Assembly: GCF_000143415.4 (NCBI RefSeq)
Contig: NW_003314261.1
Coordinates: forward strand, 6,050,822-6,114,821
Source of the DNA: Selaginella moellendorffii
Lineage: Eukaryota; Plantae; Lycopodiophyta
DNA: 64,000 nucleotides
Reading direction: 5' to 3'
The notes under the pieces are model-generated. The model did not search any database and was not told the origin of the DNA. It saw only the letters and a list, made by a program, of their open reading frames with translations. The position numbers and the translations under genes were made by a program. Positions 38,788-50,487 of the stretch are shown one piece after another. How positions within the stretch are numbered: position 1 is the stretch's first letter; every line of letters begins with the position of its first letter.

Positions 38788-39283
38788 TCGTGAGCTTGGG
38801 AGAACTTGCAAGACCTTGCGAGAGTTTGGAGTGACTCCCTGGAAAGAGATTATACTAGAGGATGGAAGAACTTCTTAGAACCATGGCGATCAAAGATTGC
38901 TCATGTTCTACGTATATTTTAATTCTTAAACATTGTCTTTTATTTCGTGGGCTGTATTGACTAGGTTTGATCGTTGACTCAAATATATTTTTAAAAGAAT
39001 TGGTCTTTGGTCGTTGACTAATGTCTGACTAGATCCACTTCCATCTCTTCAGCCATTGGGAAGATCAATGCCGACCAAGATCAATACGTAAAGAGAGGTA
39101 GAAAGTAAAAATCAATGCTCCTTGGGCAATAGCCAGGGCCATAAGCGTCCATGCAAGGTCGCAACTCTTATTCAATTCCTTTTCTTCGTTGGTTTTTAGG
39201 CTTGTTTTGTTTTGGTCCAAGGGTTGGAAAGTGAGAGGGGAGAGAGAGGGGGACGATCTTAGGGACGCCATCGCCAAATCGCC

Positions 39284-41155
39284 ATGGCAGCAGCGAGCTT
39301 GGCTCCGGCGGCGGCGGCAGCGGCGCTGCTCTCCTCCAAATCCGCCTCATTGCGCCTCTACAGCGCCAAGCCGTGCCTCTCCTTCTCCTCCTCCGGCGAT
39401 CGGGCGTTTGGCGGATTATCGCTCCACCGGAGCCTCTACCTCCAGCAGCCGCTGCTCGCGAAGGATTCCAGCTCGACCTGGGAGAGCAAGCGTCCTCGCA
39501 TCGTCGCTTCCGCTGCCGCTGCCTCGGATGCCGAGTAAGTCGAATCGAAATTTTAGAGATTTTCCTTCCTTTTCTAGATGGGAGGAGCTTTGCTCGTTAC
39601 TTTACCTTTACCTGGAATGCGGTGCTTTGGACAGCTCCGGCGATGCAAAGATTGTCGAGGCGTCTGGTTTTGCGGAGAAATACCCGGCTCTCGTCACTGG
39701 ATTCTTCTTCTTTATGTGGTAGGCATGCTTTTTCTTCCTTCCTTTTTTGCTTTTCCACTGTTCTCTCTTGCAAATGAGATCTTCCTTCTTGCAGGTATTT
39801 TCTCAATGTGATCTTCAACATCCTTAACAAGAAGATCTACAATTATTTTCCTTATCCATAGTAAGCTACCTCAGCTGACAAGGTTTTTATCATCTCCTGA
39901 CATGGAATCGTTCTTAGTTTTGTGTCAGTGGTCCATCTTATCGTTGGTGTTGCTTATTGCTTGGTTTCCTGGGCCGTGGGAGCTCCAAAACGAGCGGTAG
40001 GTTTTTCTCTCTTCGTGTCTTTCGTGTGGCTCACTTGAACTTCTTTGTGGTGCAGCCGATTGATGGACAACTTCTGGGATTGCTGACTCCAGTTTCGTTT
40101 TGCCACGCGCTTGGACATGTCATGACGAATGTGTCTTTCGCTGCTGTCGCTGTTTCGTTCACGCACACCATTAAAGGTTGGCACGATATAGTTTTGTCGT
40201 GGATGTCCTAAGAACTCCTTGTTTCTTCTTTGTATAGCACTGGAGCCATTCTTTAGCGCAGCCGCTTCGCAGTTTATACTGGGGCAGCAAATTTCTCTGC
40301 CGCTTTGGCTCTCTCTCACGCCCGTTGTCCTTGGTAAGTGTTGATTCCAATGGTTGCAAGAGTAATAAACTGGGCCCGCTTTCAGGTGTGTCAATGGCAT
40401 CGCTTACTGAGCTCTCGTTCAACTGGACGGGATTCGTGAGTGCCATGATATCCAACATTGCATTTACGTACAGAAACATCTACTCGAAGAAAGCCATGGT
40501 AACTCATGTCAAAGTTGCATTGGATTCTAGACTTTCTCGTGTTGCTACAGACCGGAATGGACAGTACAAACGTTTATGCCTACATTTCAATCCTGTCTCT
40601 GCTCTTCTGCATTCCTCCAGCAGTGGTGGTAAGTCTTCCCCTTGTTTATAAGCTAAGCGTCGTAAACGATTTAAAAAATTGCCTCTCACACAGATGGAGG
40701 GTCCCAAGCTATTGCAACACGGGTTTGCAGATGCCATTGCCAAAGTTGGAATGGTGAAGTTTCTGAGCGATCTCTTCTGGGTTGGAATGTTTTATCATTT
40801 GTATAACCAGGTAAGACTTTAGTTCTTTTGCATCAAAGGCGGCTTGTCAATGTTCTCCCAGATTGCTAACAACACTTTGGAGCGAGTGGCCCCTCTAACG
40901 CATGCTGTCGGCAACGTTCTAAAGAGAGTGTTCGTCATTGGTTTCTCTATCGTTATTTTTGGTAAGCTCTTGGCTTCCTTCTCTTCTCTTCTCTTAGTCC
41001 TCCTCGAGTCTAACTCGCGAGTTTTTCTAGGAAACAAAATCTCCACCCAAACGGGGATTGGAACCGGCATTGCCATTGCTGGGGTGACTATATACTCACT
41101 GATCAAGGCCAAAATGGAAGAAGAGAAGAGAAAGGGAGCTGCACCCAAGGTATAA
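39284..41155 (+). CDS. TPT: Chloroplast triose phosphate/phosphate translocator, multi-exon
   Basis: [14 protein letters not shown]|[72 protein letters not shown]. Confidence 0.96.
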
Positions 41156-42451
41156 GCCAGCGGATTTTATCCATTTACCCAGTTTTGTATTTATGCAAAA
41201 ATCAATTATAATAAAATAATAAAATGTGTTTAAAATCATACTTCTTGGCCATGGATTCAAGAAAGAAAATTCAAGGCATGTAAACGCTTTTGTACAAAAG
41301 CCTTTGCATGCCCTTTCCTGCAATTTAAAACAATAAAAAGACATGTCATTTTATTGTTTTAAACGTAAACACCCATTTGGCAATACAACGTGTTTGCCAG
41401 CACACAAAGAGCCTCCCGAGTCGTTCCCAGTCGTTCTCTTGCAAAAGCTACTGAAACCTCGTTAACCAAAACATGTTAAAGTTATACGTTATCTTTCGCA
41501 CAGCACGGACAAGAACTGCACGGAGAAATAAGTAAATTGTCTTAGAACTATTTTCTCGACTGTGTTTGTAGTCACCATACCACCCGTTAGAGCATTGGGA
41601 CGTTTTTTGTTTATGAAAATGCGATGCAAAGCGAGCCAACAGGCTGAAGTGTTGATTTGCTGGTGTTGTTCGCCATTTTTCATTTTGGTGGGAGCGTTTT
41701 ATGAATAATTTACAAAAATAATCTTAAGCCGTCTATTAAATTAGCTAGCGTATCTTGTTGTACTAAGTGTAAACTGTGCAGAACCATCACCTGATATTAT
41801 TCTCTCACATATTCACCGAATCCTTTCGTAAACACAAGTGTGAGGAAGGACAATTTGATGAGAAATCCCTTGTGTGTTTGTTCCTCTACCGAGCTTGTTG
41901 TCACTCGCTTTTTCTCTCCACCATCTTTCCTTCCACAATCGTTTGCTAGAAGCTACTAGCTTCTTTTTCTTGGAAAGATCGAGTTGGGAAACAACAGGGT
42001 GCGTGGTTTTCTTCCTGGAGAAAAAAAAACACCATTTGATCTCTCTTTGCTTTTTTTTCCAGGCGAAAGCTCCTTTTGATCCACAGGTCCACTAGCTTGT
42101 AGCTTCTTTTCCTCTCGAAGTTCTCTACTAAATGCTTGTGTTTGATCCACAGGTCTGCAATGCTGATTAAGTTTCTGGAAGAGCTGGGCTTTGACATCAG
42201 GCATCCCAGAATCTCCACAAAAAATGAAATATACTACTGGCATCGAAAATTCCCACTGCTTTTCACGACAGTTCAATCCTAGATGTGATGCAAGAGGTTA
42301 CATCGCTCGCGCAAAACGATACTTTGACGTGGAGATGCCCGCGTACAAGGAAAAGAACAACATCGCAGACTGCGAATCAGACGATGATGCTGGCCTTGAG
42401 TAAAGTTTCCATCTCATTGCTTAGAGGGTCGTTTGATGCATTCTTTCTTGA

Positions 42452-43085
42452 ACTTCTTTGCTAGAAACGGGCTTTGCGCTTTCTTCCAGTGTATTTTGGT
42501 GTCTCTGGGAACTTCATGCCCGGCTTTTATTTCTTGCGGAGAATCCAGTCGAATCCTTTCTTGTTCTTCTCGAGCTTACTTCTCTTTGCGGGAATTTCAC
42601 CTGCTGGAAGTTTAGTCTCTATGATGTTTTAGCGTACCGTTCTTGCATTGTCATCCTCGATGTCTTCGATTTCACTTCCTCCGTCCTCGCCTTTGGCTTT
42701 TGGAAGTACACTGGGAGGCCCAGATACCAGGCAGAGAAAATACTTCTTCGCGCGAGAGCTGGAACAAACTTTCAGAGCTTACTAATCCACCACAAGACAC
42801 AAGACCGCTCGAGAAGTCACAGCTAGCTGCGGAACTCAAGCTGCGCAGTGTTCTCAGGATAGATCTGGATCAGCATTTCTGCTGTCCAGGTAGAGTCTCC
42901 TCTCGCTGTTTCCTTCTTTATTTCTCTTTATTTCATGCCGGACCTGATCTTCCACTAGGTGACCAGAGCGATAAGTCGTGTCCGGGGCTGAGTAAGTTAC
43001 AAGTCATTCGTCGCTGCATATGGTATGGTTGTTTTAGATGTTTCTTTACGGCGTTATTCAATCGTCTAGCAAGAGGTGCCAGAGC
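42452..43085. pseudogene. BUD23 fragments: inverted 3' part (about 42452-42868) joined to a direct-orientation middle part (about 42868-43085)
   Basis: Matches about 30545-30008 (reverse) and 29758-30003 (forward). Introns retained; many micro-deletions. Confidence 0.9.
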
Positions 43086-43109
43086 TCCATCAAACACTCC
43101 TGGCTGCAA

Positions 43110-44560
43110 GAGTTTTAGGTAACTACAACAGACGACATGCCGGTTGCAGAGAGGGTCCTCCAGTCGGCAAACTAAGATGGATCAACGCATCACCGTCACT
43201 GGCGTTTGAATCTTCGTGTCCTGCTCGGTTCGTTGCTCTTGCTCGTGCTGCTGCTCGATCTTATCTTGAATTTGCAGACGTTTGCGTCTAAACTCACTCG
43301 AATCTACTGAGGATTGTGTTCTTGGCGCCCTCGACCAACTTAATAAATTCTTCTCCCTGGAAGAAAAGAAGCTCTTGTCAGAATCCTAGTCGATACTTAC
43401 AACATCCTGATCTGGCGCTGGAGTAGAAACGCTCCAAAGACCGCCATCGCTGCCATTCCAATTGGGAGGGCCACCACCGCCGTCCGGAATTTCTCGTCCG
43501 ACACTGAGAAATGCTAATCCAGGTGTAGTTACCTGTAAAACTATAACATTTACTGAAAGAACCACAAAAAGAGCAACTTACTTTCAAGTTGGAGTACGAG
43601 CGCTCTGTGATGAACACTGGACGTTTTAAAAACTCCACAATGGAAACATCATCTGTGACCTCTAATCCATCCCTGCCTCAAAACCAAGTTCTTCTCACAG
43701 CCAACAAAAGAACTGTATCACCTCTCAACAAGTCCGAATCCTTTCCGAATTAGTGATGGTTCTATAGCCTGCAAGTTAAAGCTAATAAGTGAGATGGAAA
43801 GCTTCATCGACTATTACCTGCATTTCCCACAAGTTCTATCTGTTCAATGTCTTTTTCACGAACTGATCGCTTCCTGCCTGTGGTCAAATTTACTATCAAA
43901 CCAGAACATGATCTGCGTACCTCTTTGATAGTGGCCTTAACACGTACTCCAAGAACGGCAGCTCCATGCACCCAGGCATCTCTGAAAACCACGCGAACAG
44001 TTTGAGTATTTGAAAGACGAGTAAGCAACGCATACACCCTGTGTTTGTCATGGCCGAGGACAAGAGGTCGCGCAGAATCATGGATACAAGCTAGCTTCGA
44101 GTCATCACTGATGGCCTGAAACAACCGAGAAAACACTAGTTCGATCAGACATGCAAATTTCACCTTCAAACAGATGCTTGTATGATGGGTCACAAACCAC
44201 CAGGCATGTTAGCAAATGTATAAAAACTGAACGCGCTAGCATCAACAAAACGAAGATCAAGTTGTTCCGCACTAACCTGTCTAGCGCAATACTGTCCTAG
44301 AAGAGGCAAATATTGTTTTGGCATATCAGCCTGCAAGAATAGCAACGATTAGAAGCTCGAAACTAAGGGTAAGCACTTTAGGAGCTGATTTGCTTGATTC
44401 CTTGCAGACTTTTAAGGTGGTTCCAGAGCACTCGGTATCTGTGATCTTGCTTGCTGGTGGCGTAGGGACGCGGATGGGGGTAGGAAACCATCCTTCACCA
44501 AGCTGGATGCACATAGAGCTGCTGCATTGGCCTTTACTAGCAATCTTGGAACTGCAAGGA
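43110..44560. pseudogene. ispD and unknown-gene fragments in alternating orientation
   Basis: Approximate matches: 43110-43505 forward to 28455-28980; 43520-44350 reverse to 28470-27430; 44372-44482 forward to 27281-27392; 44488-44560 reverse to 27252-27185. Confidence 0.9.
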
Positions 44561-44589
44561 AAAAACGAATATGGGGAGGTTGATGCAAC

Positions 44590-45235
44590 TCACTTGTCAT
44601 TCTGTCAACAGCCAACAGCAAGTTTGTCCTTCCATTTCTTATCTTGGAAAGCGACTCCATTGGAGATTACCAAGACCTCAATCATCACCCATATCTGCAC
44701 GAAGCAAGGAACACACAATCGACGCAAATATAGAGGAAGGATACCATACCATCATCGCAAAGATGAAAAGCTTGAAGTAACTTGAAGTGATTGCGGAAAA
44801 CTCCCGTTAAACTCCCGTTCGTCGAGCTGGAACGGTCAACATCTCTATCCTCATCATGGAATGTAAGCTCATGCTCAAATCACCTTAGCTGATCGATACG
44901 AGATGGCAGCGGCCCTCTCAGCACTAAAATAGTCGTATAGACATGCTTCCAAAACAACAAAGTAAAGAGCTGCCGTCACAACGACCTGCTTTCAAACGTC
45001 AAAATCAGCTCCGCTCTGAGAGAATCGAAAGAGCGAAACACTTACTTTCGAACTTAGAACTTTGCTGCTGAAGAACAAATGACGGTAAGTGCAAGACAAT
45101 ATCAACGAAAACAATCTGGAAAACACGATCCATCATCAAAAGAAGAAATATAGAAGATCATCGATCGGAATGACAGGCTTACAATCGGCTCGCACTCCAC
45201 ATATACATCAGCGACGATCCACTTTTTGGCTGAGA
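44590..45235 (-). pseudogene. Inverted ARV1 fragment
   Basis: Reverse match to about 26830-26060 with deletions. Confidence 0.88.
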
Positions 45236-45264
45236 GCAACTCACACTGTCCATGATCTTCAAAA

Positions 45265-45920
45265 CGTAGGCCGTGTCGTCTATTGTTCTGGATGGGGAGG
45301 AAAGTGTCAAGAAAGAAGTAGAATCCTCAAGAATCTAGCCAGTTTGATTTGTTACCACCAGCACGAAAACCTCTTCCCTGGCGAATCAATCAGTTAGAAA
45401 GAACACAAAACGAAAGAGATGAAAAACACTTTTTGCAAAGAGAGAATGGTGTTACCTAGACATCGGCAAAGATTGTTAAAACCCAACCAGAGAGGATCGC
45501 CGGGAGGCAATCCAGCCTGGAGCACAAATTCACGTTTTCCAGTTAGAGATCAACAGCAGAAACGAGAAAAACTACAGACCTCCTTCAGCAGGCTTGCACA
45601 AAAGAGAGCACTCAAGGGAGTTGCTCGCGGGGCCGATCTTCAAGAAAAACATGATGAGCGGGAAGTTCCATGGGAGCTCGAGCAAAGTGTACGCGTGGTA
45701 AGGGCCGTCAATTTTGGTCTTGCCACAGATTTGGTCAACGAAGCCTGTACAAGGTCCTCAGGCACTTCATTATTTGATCCTACCTGAACGAAGGAGCCGA
45801 AGGGACATCGGCAAGTCCAATGGCTTTCCATTGTCCAGAGTCTCGAGAGCTGCAAGCTCGTCAAGGTGATGCTCCAGCAAATCAGCAAACTTGAGAAGCA
45901 TTCGCCCCCTGGTCTGCGAC
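45265..45920 (-). pseudogene. Internally deleted ALDH2 fragment
   Basis: Same-orientation match to pieces of about 62295-63800, e.g. agacctccttcagcaggcttgcacaaaagagagcactcaagggagt. Confidence 0.88.
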
Positions 45921-45969
45921 AAACCAGTGATTACCGCAGTCAGAGCATATGAAAGCCGGATTTTTTTTT

Positions 45970-46530
45970 TCTTTTACGTACCGCATCAACGAAGCACTTT
46001 GTACAATGACAAGTCCTCTAACAGACTGAGCAAGAAATAAACACGTTTAGTTCCACGCGCTATGCTAACGGAAAACAAAACTTACCACATCGTCATGCAT
46101 GACTGGCTCGTAAGTTTTCTCCAGGTGTTTCTGAACCGTCTTATAATCGTCACTTTCCTTGTCCACGCAAGTCATAGAGCTCTTGAGCTTGGCGTAACGA
46201 TCGGATAAAGGATCGTTCAATGTGTCCCCACTCCTATCACCTAGGATATGCAGAGATTTCAGTACACTTGCGCCCTGGAGACAATATTAGATATCATCAA
46301 TCTCGATTTGCAAAAGTACCAGTTGAGATGAAGGAACCAGCGAAAACCACTTACTACTAAAATCCAGGCACATTTGGTCGTGTTTCTTGCTGTCAGAGTC
46401 TGCGAACTCACTCCCGCCTGCCAATGCAGTTTGTTAACTCATAACCTCCTGAAACACGAGCTTACATTGCTTGAAGTGAAAGAGGCAGCTCGGGCGAGTT
46501 GATTCCCATCTCAAACATTGCATCCCTGCT
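45970..46530 (-). pseudogene. Inverted PARP3 fragment
   Basis: Reverse match to about 36545-35830 with deletions. Confidence 0.88.
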
Positions 46531-46534
46531 AATA

Positions 46535-48420
46535 CCATATCCACTACCAACTGACAAAATTTCCTAACGAGGGCGACATGGAGAAGTCCATTGTCTTCAA
46601 GAATCTTTCTGCTGCAGCAGACAACTCCGCCTGAAAAGTTGGAAAGCGCGTAAGTTCCTATGTGAGCCCATATAAAACAAACATAATGACATTTTACCGT
46701 CTCGTTTATCACAAGCTCTTTGAGTAAAAAATGCACCTGGCAAACAAAGTACAAAATGCTCTTCAACTCAGAAGTATAACAAACCAAATCTTACAGCATC
46801 TACAGCCACCTCTCAAATAGCTGGCCGAGACTTCAATAAGTCACCGATAAGCTTGCTCTGGAGCAATCAAATGGCGCTGATAGCCATCAGCTTCTGCGAT
46901 AACTTTCCGACCGTCTGTATGGAAAGATGTCTGTCGAACGGCAGCTTCAGGAAGCAGGTGATCAAACACGTTATGGATTCGATCTCCTCCAGGACATATG
47001 ACACGATACTCAAAAGTAAGTCAATTAAAAGCTTCCTCATACAAAAAAATTTACCCTCCATCAAAATACGCCTTGAAAACATGGTCAAACGCCCTGCAAA
47101 GCTCTAACACGGTATACAGTTGCCCCTAAAAATGCAAGTACTTCAGCTCCAGATATAAGGAAGCCAGCTAGTCCTTTATCTTACCCCTGCGTCCGATGCA
47201 ATAGGTCTCCCAAGTCGGTCAAGTTCTGCTTCTAGTTCGGTGATGGTTTTGTTTATAAGCGACTGAATACTCGGAATTCGTGCCTTTATCACTGCTTCCA
47301 AATGCTGCAAAAGAGATTTTTCAGAGCGGCCACAAAATGTATCACAATCACCTTCGAAAGAACTCTTCCAAGATATTCAGAGCCCATGCGGCTTGCCAAA
47401 TGCCTGTAATCTGGACTTGAAGCGAAAAACTCACGTTCCCTTCGTCTGGCGACGATCATGTCGACACTTTTATTTATGTCTGCTTGTGATCGATTGACAA
47501 CACCGATCCAGGGGCGTTGCAATCGATAGGAATGACCCTCCAACACCTGTAGAAAATCAGATTCAATCTAAACTGAAGAGTTTAGTAAACATAAAGATAC
47601 TTGCATCAATAGCTCCCTTATCCATCAACTGTGTGAGAACTCCAAACGTTCGGTCGCCTAACTCAAACGTTCTAATTCATTAGAACATTGCCATGAAAAC
47701 AATATAATCTCACCGATCGACTTCGCGTGCAAGTTTAATTGCGTCTGATGTTGCTATATCTTGATTGGCAGGAGAGATGGCCAGAATGATCGTATTTTCC
47801 TGAAGGTACAAGATGTTAAGCACCGCAAAGGTTGAATAATAACCAGAAACCAACCTTTTCAACATAATACCTGACCATGTTTTCAATCTCAGCTTTCAGG
47901 CTGCCCGTCTGCAAAGCAAAAGGAAAAGAAAAAGCTAAAACATTTGTCATGAAAATTCTTACCAACAGCAATTTTCGTTAAGCCCGCAAGGTCTATCATA
48001 GTCAAATTCACGACTGCCACTAAACACAAGAAGTTAAAACTCGTCGTGGAAACAATCAACCATGAAACAAACCATTTCGAGAGTAAATGCTGAGATGGAT
48101 AGGAACCGGCGAGATTTGTTTGCTACGTCCAGTGCTAAGACAAATAGAAAGCGCAAGAGCTAAGTCCGCCAGAAGAAGTTTCTTACCAAAGTCCGTAAGT
48201 TTCTTCTTAGGTAGATGCAAAAACTCCGCCCTCTGTCCTGATCACAATTCCTTCAAACAGAAGCCGTTATCACCAGAAGCCAAGTAAAAAGAGAAGCACC
48301 GACGATTTCCCGGAACAATCCCAACCAAGCCCGAGGAATAAATCTCATTCTCCACTAAAGAAAATGCGAGACACTCACCTGGCCTCCCACCACACCCCAG
48401 CACCGTGCAAGCTCGCTGCA
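46535..48420 (-). pseudogene. Inverted DRP1 pseudogene copy
   Basis: Reverse match to about 33060-30920. ORF 47289-47546 is nearly identical to 32019-32276; frameshifting deletions elsewhere. Confidence 0.92.
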
Positions 48421-48514
48421 TACTTATTTTAGTCGCGTTCGCAGAGAAAGAAGACATCTTTCGCACGAAGCAAAATAAAACCCTCGTCACAGCTTGGAAA
48501 CCCTAGCGAAGTTG

Positions 48515-50487
48515 ATGGGCTCCCTGGTAAGATTCTTTGCTCGTTTTCGTTGCCCCGGTGATAGCACCATTTTGTGTGAAGGGCGAGCATTGGCCGAATG
48601 CTGCGATACGCCGGGTCGATGCTTCGGCGATAAAGGAATACGCTCAGGCAAACAAGCATGGATTTCAGTTGGAGAAGAAGCCGATCAATCCAAGTCGGCA
48701 ATGCTTCGCAGGAAAAATCTATGGCTTGAGGCTCATAGTGGCGCTCCATGCCCCAGCAGGTGAGCTCAGTTTCCGTAGATGCTTTAGTGAGTTCCATGCC
48801 TCGCAGGTGATTTCTACAGCTTCATCGGATGCTTCAGCGAGTTCCACCATGTCTTCGTAGAGAAAGCTCTTCCGGCGCACCTCGGTATCAAAGATTACGC
48901 CCGGATTCTCGGCGAGGAGCTTGCGACGTTCGCTGAGACGTATCACAGTCTCCTGCCACCACCCCGCAAAATGGAATCCATGCATGATGCTCTTGAGGTT
49001 CTGGAGGAAATCCGGCAGGATGCACGCGATTGGGAGAACGACGTCGCCAAGCTCTATCCAGTTTTGGTTCTTCTCCCGGTGGACTTTTTGCCTGGGAACG
49101 ATGGCACGTTTGGCAACTGCAGCGGCCTCACTGACGACACCGAGGAGCCCGATGGTGTTCCCATGGACGAGCTGTGTGCGGAGCTGATTGATCCAACTAA
49201 ACTACCGATCTTCACTGTCACTTGGGACGTGAGCTCGCGCAGTGACAAGGAGAAGTTTATGAGGCTGTCCGAGTATGAGAAGAGAGGCCATCTTGTGCTC
49301 ACCGTGAGACCTCCAAGCTTCCATCTTCCAACCGCTTGTCCGAGGAGCCTTTCCACGTACCTCTACCTGTGCCTGGCAAAGAAGCCATTCCTTGTCGAGC
49401 ACTCCAATGCCGGTGAGCTTTCCTTTCTTTCTTTTGTATGGCAGATGCTCACGGTTTTTTTCAGACCTCAACTTACCTTTGGTGGACTGGAACCTCCACA
49501 CTGTGTTTGGCAGCGGCGTGGACGACTTTTTGCGATCTACGGTGATGTGCGACTTGGATGTTGGGCTCAATGAGGGTGAAGCTGCGAAGGTTGAGTCCTT
49601 GAGGCCGCTGTTTATGGATCTGGACGATGCTCTCGACTTGGAGTTGTGGACGAAACGTCAGTGCAGGAAGAAAAGTGGCTGGTTTTCTCTCGATGCAGCT
49701 GGAGGGGACATCGAGACTTCACACTTGCCGTGGCCGATCAACAAGCTGGTGGCATGGACAAGGAGAGCCAGAGCAATGACCAGGCTTGGCATCAACTGGA
49801 AGAACTCAGAAGCCAGACAAAAAGAGGTAACAGTGAGAGCTTTCGAGGCTTTTATTTCTTTCTTTATGGCTTAAGATTGATTTCATTTCAGATCTATGGT
49901 CGAGCGTTGCGCGCTTACAAGGATCTCTCCTCTGTAAAGCAACTGAACAAAGATTCAAAGTACTTGTGTGGCATGTAAGTTATAGTGTAGCCTTTCATGT
50001 TTTTCTGAAATCTTCTTTTGTTCTAGGCGGCCCACGAGCCTCGATGCAATGCTCCTCGCTCACATTCTATTTGTGAAGCGCATCTCTCTTGTAAGTACCA
50101 AAAGCATATGATTTTTCTCTATGATTCATGTTGTTGTGTCATTGCTCTTAGGAGAACTCCATTCTTCGAGCTGCGCTTGAGTTGGAGCATCCGGAGCTCA
50201 TCGAGTACTCAGACCTTGGAATTCTTCTTATCGCCTGGCAGTGTGTCTGTGGATTGGGGACGGGATCCGCCGAGGTGCAAGGCAAGCAGACCATGGATGA
50301 CGGGAAGCAGCTCAAGAAGCAAAAGGCTGGCGGTGGTGGCGACGCCAAGAGCCGTGAGCAGGACGGTAAGAACTTCCACGAGTTTGTGGACAAGCTCAAG
50401 AGCAATGTGTCGGACGAGGAGGTGAGGCCGATTCTTTTCGAGAACGCTCAGGAGATGGATGCTTCCAGTTCCGTTCATCAGCATTGA
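48515..50487 (+). CDS. Chimeric METAXIN-like protein (546 aa): unknown N-terminal region, metaxin GST-like core, PARP3 exon-1-derived tail; 7 exons
   Basis: Exons 48515-48526, 48582-48759, 48807-49412, 49465-49826, 49892-49974, 50027-50090 and 50152-50487 splice at GT-AG into one open frame. Metaxin-like motifs VRPPSFHLPTACPRSLSTYLYL, LDDALDLELW, LPWPINKL, RLGIN..NSEARQKEIYGRA, RPTSLDAMLLAHILF. Confidence 0.65.

Noticed and set aside
37620-38811. Overlapping 336-aa and 221-aa ORFs, and possible horizontal origin of the GC-rich GT17 gene
   Set aside because: Alternative frames stay open because of high GC3; the protein has typical plant GT17 motifs.
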